Shown here one piece after another: positions 18,845 through 28,715 of a DNA stretch of 64,000 bases. Made by a program: the position numbers and the translations under genes. The stretch covers positions 1,856,001 to 1,920,000 of the forward strand of contig CBDBCY010000004.1 of the NCBI GenBank assembly GCA_965203555.1, in the 5' to 3' direction. Numbering within the stretch: the stretch's first letter is position 1; every line of letters starts with the position of its first letter. Origin of the DNA: Acidimicrobiia bacterium. GTDB taxonomy: Bacteria > Actinomycetota > Acidimicrobiia > Spongiisociales > ZC4RG35. Below the pieces are notes generated by a model. The model searched no databases and was not told where the DNA came from. It saw nothing but the letters and a program-made list of their open reading frames with translations.

Positions 18845-20065
18845 TCAGACCTCATGAACGGTTTCGGCACGCGCCGCACCGGCCGCGCCAGCCACCTTTG
18901 AAATATCTGTGGTACCGGCAGCCCGTTGTGGCATCCAACTCACCAGCCTGTTGAACATCTGGTTCAGCATGTAGAAGGTCAGGAGCGAATAGCAGGCCAC
19001 CACGAACGCCACAATCACTAGCCGGGCGGTGTTGGTTTCCTGCACAGCAATGCTGGCCATGTGTCCAAGTCCGGTGGGGAATCCCAGAAACTCGGCCGCG
19101 ATTGTCAGAGACCACCCCAGTCCGGCGGAGAGCAATAGAGCAGTACGCAATTCGGGCATTGCCCCTGGCACTATCACTCTAAAGTAAGTGTATGGTCGCG
19201 ACGCGCCAAGTGTTCTGGCGCTTTCGATGTACCGGTCGGGCACGTTGGCCACCGAGTTCATAGTAGCCACCACCAACGTCACCCACACACCGAAAGCAAT
19301 AAAGGCGACGGCGCCCCGGAAATTGGCGCCCAACCCGAACTGCAACCAGGGTATGGCCGCCAAAAGAGGAATCATCCGCAAGAAATTCATGGGAGCCCAG
19401 GCTGTCTGGCGCAGGACCGGCCAATAGGGAATGGCCATACCGGTAGCGATGCCGACCACCAAACCAATGGCCAAGCCAACTAACAACCTGGATAGGGTCA
19501 TGAAGGAGTGGAAACCCAGCGCTAGAAAAACCGCCGGCCAAGTCCGGGCCTCATCACCCCCCATCGAGGCGGGGTAGGGCGCCAATTCCTCAAATCGCAC
19601 CTCCAAATGGAGAATTGGGACATTGTTGAGCAACCAGTCCCCGGACATCCTGTAAAGGGTGTCTCCGAACACGTAATCCCAGCCAGGAACCAAGGGATGT
19701 TCCAAGGTCCCTTCCGGCGCCACGATGGACACCACTTGCCATCCCACCAACAACACTGCCCAGGTGATAAAGAAGAGCGGGTTCTTCTTCATCGCGTTCT
19801 TCAACCTCCGAGGCGCGTTTAGCAAACCCCGACCTATCCTGGCCAGCATCCTGACGGACCTGGAAAAGCGAAGCGCAAAAGGCCAAACCCAGAACAGAAC
19901 CGCCCACAAAACCAAGAATGTCCAAGTGAGAAAAAGCACATCGGCCTGCCGCGTCCAAGTCGTCAGAGGAAAGCGGTCAGGCAGCAGCAGCAGCAGCCAT
20001 GGCACCGCTAGGAACCAGACAAGCCACCCTACCCAGAAAACGCTGGGGCGAATCGACTTATTCAA
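18845..20065 (-). CDS. ABC permease, NitT/TauT family
   Basis: ESARTLGAS EAA loop, VIVPGAMPE, IAAEFLG. TTG start inferred from overlap with the ATPase stop. Confidence 0.88.
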   Translation of the reverse strand: MNKSIRPSVFWVGWLVWFLAVPWLLLLLPDRFPLTTWTRQADVLFLTWTFLVLWAVLFWVWPFALRFSRSVRMLARIGRGLLNAPRRLKNAMKKNPLFFITWAVLLVGWQVVSIVAPEGTLEHPLVPGWDYVFGDTLYRMSGDWLLNNVPILHLEVRFEELAPYPASMGGDEARTWPAVFLALGFHSFMTLSRLLVGLAIGLVVGIATGMAIPYWPVLRQTAWAPMNFLRMIPLLAAIPWLQFGLGANFRGAVAFIAFGVWVTLVVATMNSVANVPDRYIESARTLGASRPYTYFRVIVPGAMPELRTALLLSAGLGWSLTIAAEFLGFPTGLGHMASIAVQETNTARLVIVAFVVACYSLLTFYMLNQMFNRLVSWMPQRAAGTTDISKVAGAAGAARAETVHEV

Positions 20066-20838
20066 ACCTTGGTTGCCTCTTCTTCGGTGATGCCCAGATG
20101 TTGCAGGATCACCTTGGTGATCCGCACCGCCTCGGCGCCGGCCCGGACATCTTCGTCGCGGGGACGGGGGAGGGTGACCGGGATATCGTCCACCAACTTG
20201 CCTTCGGCCAACAGAATCACGCGATCGGCCAGGATCAGCGCCTCCTCGATATCGTGGGTGACGAAGAAGATGGTCTTTTTGCTCTCTTCCCACAAATCCA
20301 AAAGCACATCATGCAGGTTGCGGCGTGTGAAGTAGTCAAGCGATCCGAAGGGCTCGTCCATCAAAATCACATCCGAACCCACCGCCATGGCCGACGCCAG
20401 CGCAACCCTCTTACGCATCCCTCCGGAGAGTTCCCGCGGCCAAGAGTCGGCAAAATCGGTCAAACCCACTGCCTCCAGCCAATGGGCAGTGATCTCTTCT
20501 CGTTCCTTTTCGGGCGTCTTCATGGCGCGCAGGCCGAATTCCACATTCTCCTTGACATGCAACCAAGGGAACACCGTGTCCTGCTGGAAAACCATTGCTC
20601 TATCGGCGCCCGGCGCGGACACCACCTCGTCACCCAATCTCACCTGCCCTGCAGTGGGGGGCTGCAGACCTGCCAGCACTCGAAGAAGGGTGGTCTTGCC
20701 GTGCCCGGAGCGTCCCACCACACATACAAACTCGCCGCTCTGCACGTCGAAGTTGACATCTTGAAGAGCATTCACCAACTGCCCGGACCGGTGTTCGAAC
20801 ACACACCATAGGTTCTCGAAAGTGACGACTCTTGACAT
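20062..20838 (-). CDS. ABC ATP-binding protein, NitT/TauT family
   Basis: GRSGHGKT, LSGGMRKR, MDEPFG and VTHD. Confidence 0.95.
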   Translation of the reverse strand: MSRVVTFENLWCVFEHRSGQLVNALQDVNFDVQSGEFVCVVGRSGHGKTTLLRVLAGLQPPTAGQVRLGDEVVSAPGADRAMVFQQDTVFPWLHVKENVEFGLRAMKTPEKEREEITAHWLEAVGLTDFADSWPRELSGGMRKRVALASAMAVGSDVILMDEPFGSLDYFTRRNLHDVLLDLWEESKKTIFFVTHDIEEALILADRVILLAEGKLVDDIPVTLPRPRDEDVRAGAEAVRITKVILQHLGITEEEATKV

Positions 20839-20851
20839 ACTTTCCTCCTTG

Positions 20852-21808
20852 CTAAAGCCCTAGTCGGCGACCGGCCTCGGACCACCGGGTTATGAAACGG
20901 ATTCCCACCACCAGCAAACCGTCGACCACAACGGCCAGCACACCGAGAAACACAGTCAGGGAAACCAGTGCCTCTGCAGCACCGAACGTGCCCATCAAAA
21001 AACTCCATATCCGGATCAGAAACCCTCCCCCCAACTGTGGCCCGAGCACCTCCACCAAGGCACCCAGCCCCCAAGCGCCGGCCAGAGCGATCCGAAAGCC
21101 TCCGGCTATTTCGGGCACCGTCCCCTTCAAATACACCCATCGGAATATGGATCGGGGGGTCCCTCCCAAAGTAAGAGCGGATTCCACAATACCCACCGGG
21201 ATATTCTCCGCTGCCCGGCGGCTGAAAAAATACATGAGCAGAGTGGTGTAGAAGGTAATCAACCCGATCGTGGTCAGGAGAGGAATCTCGATCCCGAACC
21301 AGATCACAAAGAAAGGAGCAGCGATGAAGATGGGGGCCGTACCGAAAAAGGAAGCGACCGGTGTTACTACCTCGGCAATCTTGGGAAAGACCAGACTGCC
21401 CAGTCCCATCGACAAGCCAAAGATCGTCCCAAGGGCAGCTCCAATCAGGATGTTCTTGGTGGTCTCCATCAGATGGAGCACATAGCCAAAGCAGATATCG
21501 GGGATGTTTGAGATCCTTTCGCTGGCAAGCTCCGGACAGGCCTGCGTTATATATCTGCTTTGCAAACCTTCGCTAAACAGGAAGTTCTGCACGAAGTGGG
21601 CGATGGTATTCCAGGGCCTCGGCATAAAGGTCTGAGGATCGTCCATCAGAAAGAGGAGAGGGGAAATGGGCGAGGCCAACCATTCCCAGATCGCGAAAAA
21701 CGACACCATTCCCAGCAATAAATAGATCACATAGGCGATTCGGCGCCGCCGACTGTCGCGCCTTGCCTTCGCTCTCACATCAAGAACGTCGGTGTTGGTC
21801 ATCGTCAC
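20852..21808 (-). CDS. ABC permease, NitT/TauT family
   Basis: APFFVIWFG, ESALTLGG loop and multiple TM segments. Confidence 0.88.
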   Translation of the reverse strand: MTMTNTDVLDVRAKARRDSRRRRIAYVIYLLLGMVSFFAIWEWLASPISPLLFLMDDPQTFMPRPWNTIAHFVQNFLFSEGLQSRYITQACPELASERISNIPDICFGYVLHLMETTKNILIGAALGTIFGLSMGLGSLVFPKIAEVVTPVASFFGTAPIFIAAPFFVIWFGIEIPLLTTIGLITFYTTLLMYFFSRRAAENIPVGIVESALTLGGTPRSIFRWVYLKGTVPEIAGGFRIALAGAWGLGALVEVLGPQLGGGFLIRIWSFLMGTFGAAEALVSLTVFLGVLAVVVDGLLVVGIRFITRWSEAGRRLGL

Positions 21809-21849
21809 TGGAGATCTGTTCCTTGCTCGGTTGGTTATTTACAGGCCAA

Positions 21850-21884
21850 ACGCGGGGCCGGACGGACTTTGCCCGACCCCGCGT
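21850..21884 (-). terminator. GC-rich hairpin after the substrate-binding protein gene (terminator or mRNA stabiliser)
   Basis: Inverted repeat acgcgggg...ccccgcgt followed by TTT on the minus strand. Confidence 0.55.
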
Positions 21885-21924
21885 CGGCTGTTTCTTGTCT
21901 ACTCAGACAAACGGTACCCGGAGG

Positions 21925-23673
21925 CTAGCCGATAAGGGCGGCCTCGAGGAAACGCTGTGCGTCGTAGAAGTTGTAACGGTCATAGAAGACATGGGCCTGA
22001 TCAACCAACGCCTGCTGGCTCTCAGAGAGATCCATATCCATAGCGCGGGCGAACAGATCGTCGGAGCGGTCCTGCATGGCCTTCAGGTCGTAGTAGAGCT
22101 CCTGGGCCAGCAAGAACTCCTCCAAGCCTGCCTGCGTATCGTAGGTAGCCGACAGAGTCCCTTGAGACTTCAGCTTCTCGATCTGTGTCCTGAACACCGT
22201 CTCGGGGTGATAGCTGGGCAGGCTCAAGTCCCACAGGGCTTCCTGGTCTTCCCAGTTGAAGGATGGGTCGATCGTATCCCAGATGATTCCGATGTCTTCG
22301 GGTTCCATGCTCAGGGAGCGCTTCTCATTGATGATGTTGGCCTCGATTTCCCACAACTCGTACTGAGTTTCGGGATCTTCCAGAGCGGCAAAGATGCGGT
22401 TGGCGACGGAGATGATCCGGTAAGCCAAGTCCTTGTTCTCTTCCACCCACGCGCGACGGGCCAGCAGGCCGGTGCCGCCGACGGTGGCGGAGGCGATAGC
22501 GGTCTGTTGAGAGGCCGCGTCATGCTCATACATCATGGCGAAGTTGATCAGCGGGTCCCAACCATTACGCATCATCTGCACCAAGGTTGGAGCACCGTAG
22601 GGCATTGCGAAATCAATGCGCCCCGCAACTGCCGAGAGCTCCACAATCGTGGGGTCGTCGACATAGACCGGCTGGGCATAGTTACGCCAGTCGTTGGTGG
22701 TAACCCGGATTGGCTGTACATTGCCATCGGCATCAAGGTTGGGGGTCCCGTCCCTATTCAACAACACCAGTTGGTTGCCTTCAGCGTCAAGCACCGGGAT
22801 GTCCTCTTCGACATCTTCCCACCACTGCGGGAGGTATGCAAAGAAGGCGTCAGAATACTGAGCCTGAGTCGTGCTGTGCGGCGGGATATGAACTTCGGCG
22901 CCCACCAACTGCTCAACAGCGGCTTGGGCGGCTTCGGGGAAGGTCATCCCTTCATCCATGAACTCCAACGCGGTCTTGGCGTCGCTGTCAGGCGACACGA
23001 GGATGGCGTAGCCAACGTAGATGTCGGCGAAGTGGATCGGCGGAATGGTCTGACCGAAGGTCTCCAACGTTCCGAACACTCCCGGCACCCAGCCTTGGGC
23101 AACGTCACCATCACCGCGCTGCAACCAGGGAACGATCTCCTGGGAGGCAGTGAAGTAGTGATAGGTGGGAGTGTTGGGAGTGATGGTGATGTTCAACTCA
23201 TCCCACCAGCCCAACTCGATCGGAATCTGCCAGTAGGCGAGATCGGCGCAGCAGGGATAGATGCCCATGCGCACCTCAGCTGCCCGGATCGGGGGCGCTT
23301 CCACCATCGAAGCCATTTCCAGTTCCATCGCCGCTTTCTCAGCAGCCGCCTCGGCTTCTTCAGCCATCGCGGCAGCCTCATCGGCCTTCATCTGCGCCTC
23401 TTCCAGAGCAGCCTCGGCCTCAGCGTCACCAGCTGCGGCAGCAGCCTTGGTGGCTTCCAACTCGGCCATCGCAGCCTCAGCAGCCGCCTCGGCAGCAGCA
23501 GCATCCGCAGCCGCGGCATCCGCAGCCGCCTGGGCATCCGCAGCCGCCTGGGCTTGAGCCGCAGCCTCAGCCTGGGCCTCAGCAGCTGCATCCTCTGCCT
23601 CCTGATCGCCGCAGGCCGAAGCCAGCAAAGCCAAGGCCGCCATCAATACGATGACACCTTTCAGTTTCTTCAT
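21925..23673 (-). CDS. ABC substrate-binding lipoprotein with Ala/Glu-rich N-terminal stalk
   Basis: MKKLK signal, lipobox LASAC, a long Ala-rich tract, and position upstream of the permeases. Confidence 0.85.
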   Translation of the reverse strand: MKKLKGVIVLMAALALLASACGDQEAEDAAAEAQAEAAAQAQAAADAQAAADAAAADAAAAEAAAEAAMAELEATKAAAAAGDAEAEAALEEAQMKADEAAAMAEEAEAAAEKAAMELEMASMVEAPPIRAAEVRMGIYPCCADLAYWQIPIELGWWDELNITITPNTPTYHYFTASQEIVPWLQRGDGDVAQGWVPGVFGTLETFGQTIPPIHFADIYVGYAILVSPDSDAKTALEFMDEGMTFPEAAQAAVEQLVGAEVHIPPHSTTQAQYSDAFFAYLPQWWEDVEEDIPVLDAEGNQLVLLNRDGTPNLDADGNVQPIRVTTNDWRNYAQPVYVDDPTIVELSAVAGRIDFAMPYGAPTLVQMMRNGWDPLINFAMMYEHDAASQQTAIASATVGGTGLLARRAWVEENKDLAYRIISVANRIFAALEDPETQYELWEIEANIINEKRSLSMEPEDIGIIWDTIDPSFNWEDQEALWDLSLPSYHPETVFRTQIEKLKSQGTLSATYDTQAGLEEFLLAQELYYDLKAMQDRSDDLFARAMDMDLSESQQALVDQAHVFYDRYNFYDAQRFLEAALIG

Positions 23674-23852
23674 GGGTTTTCCTTCCGCTCGCTTACTCGT
23701 CGTGCCTTGTGTGTGCACGTTTTCCGAAGTGGCTTATGTCGGCATACCGACTCCCGCCTAAATATATAGCACCCAGAAGTCCTTATTCGCAAAACAGGCG
23801 TCTTTTTTGGATCCTGGGGCGGGGTTGGCCCGGTTCCATCCCGGAGGTGCAG

Positions 23853-26087
23853 TTACCCGGCTGATCGCAGTCCGGCAGATACCCGGCCCGGTGTCAAGGG
23901 AAGTTGATTGAACCACACCCCTGTCGCATCGAAAAGAGCAGCGGACACCGCGGGCGCCAGTGGAACGAAGGGCATCTCCGCCATACCACGCACGCCCCAC
24001 GGACCGCGGGGATCGGGGATCTCCACGATGACGCTCTCCACCCGTTCCGGTATGTCACCGATGCCCGGAATCAGATAGGTGCTGAGATGCGGATTCAGAA
24101 TCCTCCCCTGTTCGGTGACAAGTCTTTCGGTTACCGCATAACCGTGAGCCTGAGCCACTGCTCCTTCGATCTGCCCTCTGACCAAGCCGGGGTTGATCGC
24201 TTTGCCGACATCCACAGCACACACCACCGACTCCACCTTCACATGTCCGGTGTCCAAGTCGACAATCACCTCCACCGCCTCGGCCATCCAACCGTATGCG
24301 AAGTTGAGTTCGCCGGCCCCGGTTTGAGGGTCAAAGGTCTCCGTGGGCGGCGGCACGAACCGGAACTTGCCGAGCGCCGGACGGTCTCCCTCGAGCCAGC
24401 GCTTCTGGGCCTCTTCAGTGGCCCCCAGAATGGAGTTGCCGGCCATCCAGGTCAGCCTGGAAGCGGAGGCCGATCCCGAGTCGCCGGTGTAGGCCGTGTC
24501 GGAATACCGGGTCTTCACCATCTCGACATCCACTCCGGCCGCCTCGGCGGCCATCTGGGCAAAGGCGGTGTGGGCGCCCTGCCCGACTTCGGCGCCGCTG
24601 TGATACAACACCACCTCTTCCACTTCCTTGTCGCCCCACAACTCCACGGCTGCCTCGCATCGCTCCGGGAAACCGAAGGAGAACCCGACATTCTTGAATC
24701 CGCAGGCAAATCCCCTCCCGCGACGCTGACGGGAAGCATCGGCCGGCAGGGACCTGAATACCGGGAAGGCGGCGGTCACGGTCTTCGGCGGATCGTCCCA
24801 TCCCGCCCGGTCGGCACAGGCCTCTATCACTTCGGGAAGGCTCACCACCGATGGGACGGCTGTTCCCCAATGACCGACGTCGCCCTCCCTGAAGCAATTG
24901 CGAAGCCGCAGTTCCACGGGATCCATGCCGAGTTCCACGGCCAGGCGGTTCATCTGGCCCTCGGCCGCCATGGCTCCCTGCGGGGCGCCGAATCCCCGAA
25001 AGGCCCCTCCCGGCACCGAATGGGTGTATACCACCCGTGAATCCACTTTCAGGTTGGGAACCCGGTAGGGCCCCACGGTGCACAGGTGCATGTTCCCCAT
25101 GACCTTGTCGGAGGTGTAGTTGTAGGCTCCGGCGTCCAGCCAACCCTCCGCCTCCACCGCCGTAATCAGGCCCTGGCGGGTGGCGCCCCAGCGGGCATGG
25201 ATTACAGCCCGGTGGCGTTTGTGGTGCCCGACGATGCTCTCCTCTCGGGACCACACCGTCCTGACCGGTCGGTGAATTCCTTTTCGAGCAAGCTTTCCCA
25301 CTGCCAGCGCCATCACGATCTGCAGCGACATGTCCTCCCGACCGCCGAACGCCCCTCCGATGGCCGGGTAGATGACTCTGATCCGTTCCGGTTGCAGATC
25401 AAGCGCATGGGCGATTTGTTCCTGGTCCTCGTGGGTCCACTGCCCGGCGATCTCGACGGTGATCCGGTCCTGAGAATCCAGGTAGGCCAAGGCCGCCTCC
25501 GGCTGGAGGTAGGCATGTTCCTGCAGGGGAAGCACATATGTGCCGCTTGCCTGCACGTCGGCGGCCCGCCATCCCTCCTCCATATCTCCCACCCGGAACT
25601 TGAGATGCTGGTAGGTATTGGTGCCCAAACCGTTCTCGGGATGAACCAGCACCGAGTCGGTGCGGGCCGTCTCCAGGTCGGGGACCAGCGGAAGGTCCTC
25701 CCATTCAACCCGGAGCCGCCTGGCGCCTTCCTCGGCCTGCCGGCGCGTCTCCGCCACCACCACTGCGATCTGGTCCCCCTCCCAGCGGCTGACATCGGAG
25801 GGGATCTCGCTGCGGCCTGTCGCTCCCACCCCCACCAGCACCGGCTGATCGAAACGGGTCAGCCCGTATTCGTTGACCGGCACGTCGGCAGCGGTCACCA
25901 CCTCCACCACCCCCGCCGCGGTCAGGGTTGAAGATGCATCCATCGACAGCATCCGTGCATGAGGCCGCCCGCTGAACACCACCTTGGCGTACAGCGCGTT
26001 GTCTCGGTGCAGGTCCGCCGGGTAGAGCGCCTCTCCGGTGGTTTTGGATAAGGCGTCGCGGCGCGGCGCCGATAGACCGATGCTCAC
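23853..26087 (-). CDS. xanthine dehydrogenase-family molybdopterin-binding subunit
   Basis: QEHAYLQPE, IGGAFGGRE, AFRGFGAPQ, EVGQG, GQIEG and RGMAE; GTG start overlaps the upstream stop. Confidence 0.93.
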   Translation of the reverse strand: MSIGLSAPRRDALSKTTGEALYPADLHRDNALYAKVVFSGRPHARMLSMDASSTLTAAGVVEVVTAADVPVNEYGLTRFDQPVLVGVGATGRSEIPSDVSRWEGDQIAVVVAETRRQAEEGARRLRVEWEDLPLVPDLETARTDSVLVHPENGLGTNTYQHLKFRVGDMEEGWRAADVQASGTYVLPLQEHAYLQPEAALAYLDSQDRITVEIAGQWTHEDQEQIAHALDLQPERIRVIYPAIGGAFGGREDMSLQIVMALAVGKLARKGIHRPVRTVWSREESIVGHHKRHRAVIHARWGATRQGLITAVEAEGWLDAGAYNYTSDKVMGNMHLCTVGPYRVPNLKVDSRVVYTHSVPGGAFRGFGAPQGAMAAEGQMNRLAVELGMDPVELRLRNCFREGDVGHWGTAVPSVVSLPEVIEACADRAGWDDPPKTVTAAFPVFRSLPADASRQRRGRGFACGFKNVGFSFGFPERCEAAVELWGDKEVEEVVLYHSGAEVGQGAHTAFAQMAAEAAGVDVEMVKTRYSDTAYTGDSGSASASRLTWMAGNSILGATEEAQKRWLEGDRPALGKFRFVPPPTETFDPQTGAGELNFAYGWMAEAVEVIVDLDTGHVKVESVVCAVDVGKAINPGLVRGQIEGAVAQAHGYAVTERLVTEQGRILNPHLSTYLIPGIGDIPERVESVIVEIPDPRGPWGVRGMAEMPFVPLAPAVSAALFDATGVWFNQLPLTPGRVSAGLRSAG

Positions 26088-27535
26088 GGGATCTCTCCCG
26101 ACGCTTCCGCAACTGCCTGAATGATCGGGTAGTAGCCGGTGCAGCGACACAGGTTGCCGCTCAGAGCGGTTCGGATCTCTTCATCGGTCGGATCGGAGAT
26201 TTGTTCCAGGAGCTTGGCGGCCGACATCAGGAAACCGGGAGTGCAGTAGCCGCACTGAACGGCGCCGGTCCGGCAGAAAGCCGATTGCACGGGATGGAGC
26301 CCGCCGTCGGCGAGGCCTTCCACCGTGACGATCTCCGCCCGATGAGCCCGGGGAGCGGGCGTGAGACAGGAAAGGGCCGCTTCGTCGTCCAGGAACACCA
26401 TGCACGCGCCGCACTCTCCCTCCGCGCACCCCTCCTTGGTTCCGGTGAGGGACGTTCCCGCCGCCGGACCCGCCACATCCCGAAGCCAGTCGAGGAGGGT
26501 CAGATCGCCCCCGCTTCGGGTGACGACCGGCGTCCCGTTGACCACCGCCTCGATGGGATCGCCCTCCCGGTGGGAAAGAGCCCCCTCCAATGTCGGCTGA
26601 TGGGTGGCGCCGAACTGCACGGGGCGGGAAGGAACAGCCAACCGTTCCTCGCCGTTGCTCATGGCGGTGAGAGCCCGACGCACCATCACCTCGGTGGTCC
26701 ATCTCCGGTACTCGGCTGTTCCCCGCAGGTCGTCGATCGGTTCAATGTCCCCTGCTGCGACCCGGGCGGCCGAAGCAATGGTTTCTTCGTCCAGCGGCCT
26801 GCCCAACAGCGCCTGTTCGGCCCCCGGCGAACGCACGATAGTCGGGGCCACGCTCCCCAGGGCGATGCGGGCCAGGGTCACAGAGCCTTTCGCGTCGCGT
26901 TCCAGAACCAACGCCATATGCACCACCGAGATGGCCTGCGCCATCCGCAGCCCCAGCTTGACGAACACCCCCGACTGTTCACCGCCCAGTCCGGGGAAGG
27001 TGATGGCGGTCACCATCTCGTCCGACGCCAGGGTGGTGGACCGAAAGCCCGGATAGAAGTCGGCCAGAGCTTGCTGCCGCTCACCTCGCTCGGAGCGAAT
27101 GGCCAACCGGGCGTCCAAGGCGTTAAGAGCGGAGATGGTGTCGTTGGCGGGGCTTGCCGTGACCAGGTTCCCCACCACCGTGGCCCGAGCCTGCAGGGGA
27201 GGCGCCCCGACCTCCACCGATGCCTGCGCCAGAGGAAGAGCCCGGTCCCACAGCAGCTGCGAAGAAACTACGTCGGCATGGGTCACCAGGGGTCCCAGAT
27301 GGATATCTCCACTGGGATCTTCTTCGATGCGATCAAGACCCGCGATGCGGGAGATATCCACCAGCACCTGCACGCCCGGCCGAACCCCTCGACGAATTTC
27401 CAGCACCAGGTCGGTCCCCCCGGCAATCAACCGTGCCCCCTCCCGGTGGTCGGCCAGCAGCGCCAGGGCTTCCTCCACTGTGGAGGGCGACTCGTATCGG
27501 TCGGTCAGGTCGGCTCGGTGCTGAACGTCGTGCAA
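26084..27535 (-). CDS. fused FAD-binding + (2Fe-2S) subunit of a Mo-hydroxylase
   Basis: AGGTDL and ATVVGN...SPAND, then GCAEGECGAC, QCGYCTPG and NLCRCTGY. Confidence 0.93.
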   Translation of the reverse strand: MHDVQHRADLTDRYESPSTVEEALALLADHREGARLIAGGTDLVLEIRRGVRPGVQVLVDISRIAGLDRIEEDPSGDIHLGPLVTHADVVSSQLLWDRALPLAQASVEVGAPPLQARATVVGNLVTASPANDTISALNALDARLAIRSERGERQQALADFYPGFRSTTLASDEMVTAITFPGLGGEQSGVFVKLGLRMAQAISVVHMALVLERDAKGSVTLARIALGSVAPTIVRSPGAEQALLGRPLDEETIASAARVAAGDIEPIDDLRGTAEYRRWTTEVMVRRALTAMSNGEERLAVPSRPVQFGATHQPTLEGALSHREGDPIEAVVNGTPVVTRSGGDLTLLDWLRDVAGPAAGTSLTGTKEGCAEGECGACMVFLDDEAALSCLTPAPRAHRAEIVTVEGLADGGLHPVQSAFCRTGAVQCGYCTPGFLMSAAKLLEQISDPTDEEIRTALSGNLCRCTGYYPIIQAVAEASGEIP

Positions 27536-27540
27536 AGTAA

Positions 27541-28134
27541 TTATCCCTCGGTCTTGGAACTGTTGTAGACGAGCCCCCCGCCCCTCACATAGTCTCGGAG
27601 CACGGCAACCGCCTCCGCCCGGAGCACATCCTGGACAACCTCGATCCCTCGTCGCTGCAAGCCTTCCACCCAGTCAACCGGTCGATTTCCTTCATCGAAT
27701 CCTACTGAACGAGCATCTTCCTCACGGGCGCCGATCACCACCCTGGAGACTCCCGACCAGGGGACCGCCCCCAGGCACATCGCGCAGGGAGAGCAACTGG
27801 TGACCAGTTCGGTGAGGCCCCCGGCGCCTTCGGTCAGGTCGAAGTTTCCCACTGCCTGTCCGGCGAGACAGATCGCCACCACCTCGGCATGGGCGGCGGC
27901 GGAGGTGGTGGGCACCACCAGATTGACCCCCAGCGCGATGAGACGGCAGGTCGAAAGATCGAAAACCGCCGCCCCGAACGGGCCGCCCGTTCCCTCCAGC
28001 ACGTTGCGGCGGGAAAGCTCCACCGCCAATCCCATGCGTTCCTCCCGGGAAGGGAAGGCCTGCCCCGGCCTCACCAAATCATGAGCCCAAGGGGGCAGAT
28101 CCCAACGCATGCTGACCGGGAGAGATGAGACCAT
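27541..28134 (-). CDS. nucleoside/guanine deaminase-like Zn deaminase (CDA fold), copy A
   Basis: GGPFGAAV, AHAE, SPCAMC...W and GFDEG. Confidence 0.9.
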   Translation of the reverse strand: MVSSLPVSMRWDLPPWAHDLVRPGQAFPSREERMGLAVELSRRNVLEGTGGPFGAAVFDLSTCRLIALGVNLVVPTTSAAAHAEVVAICLAGQAVGNFDLTEGAGGLTELVTSCSPCAMCLGAVPWSGVSRVVIGAREEDARSVGFDEGNRPVDWVEGLQRRGIEVVQDVLRAEAVAVLRDYVRGGGLVYNSSKTEG

Positions 28135-28142
28135 ACTCGATC

Positions 28143-28712
28143 CTACATCCCCCCTCCCCCACTCGCGTATTCCCGCAGCACCCCCACCGCCTCGGCTCGG
28201 AGGACATCCTCGGTGACCGCCATCCCCTGCCGCCTCAGCCGTTCCACCCAGTCGGGAGGCCGACTGCTCCCGCCCAACCCGAGCGACCGGGTGTCCTCCT
28301 CGCGGGCGGCGATCACCAGGCTGGACACTCCCGACCCGAGTATCGCGCCCTGGCACATCATGCAAGGGGCGCAACTGGTCGCCAACTCGACCGGACCCCC
28401 GCTCCCCACCCTCAGATCGTGGTTTCCCGCCGCTGCACCGGCCATACACACCGCTACCACCTCGGCATGGGCGGCCACGGTGGCGCTCGGTTTCACCACA
28501 TTGACCCCCAGCGCCATGAGACGGCAGGTCGAAAGATCGAAAACCGCCGCCCCGAACGGATCCCCCGTCCTCTCCAGCACGTTGCGGCGGGAAAGCTCCA
28601 CCGCCAATCCCATGCGTTCCTCCCGGGAAGGGAAGGCCTGCCCCGGCCTCACCAAATCATGAGCCCAAGGGGGCAGATCCCAACGCACGGTGACGGGAAG
28701 TGACGAGGCCAT
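28143..28712 (-). CDS. nucleoside/guanine deaminase-like Zn deaminase, divergent copy B
   Basis: PFGAAV, AHAE and APCMMC; tandem paralog of copy A. Confidence 0.88.
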   Translation of the reverse strand: MASSLPVTVRWDLPPWAHDLVRPGQAFPSREERMGLAVELSRRNVLERTGDPFGAAVFDLSTCRLMALGVNVVKPSATVAAHAEVVAVCMAGAAAGNHDLRVGSGGPVELATSCAPCMMCQGAILGSGVSSLVIAAREEDTRSLGLGGSSRPPDWVERLRRQGMAVTEDVLRAEAVGVLREYASGGGGM

Positions 28713-28715
28713 GCT

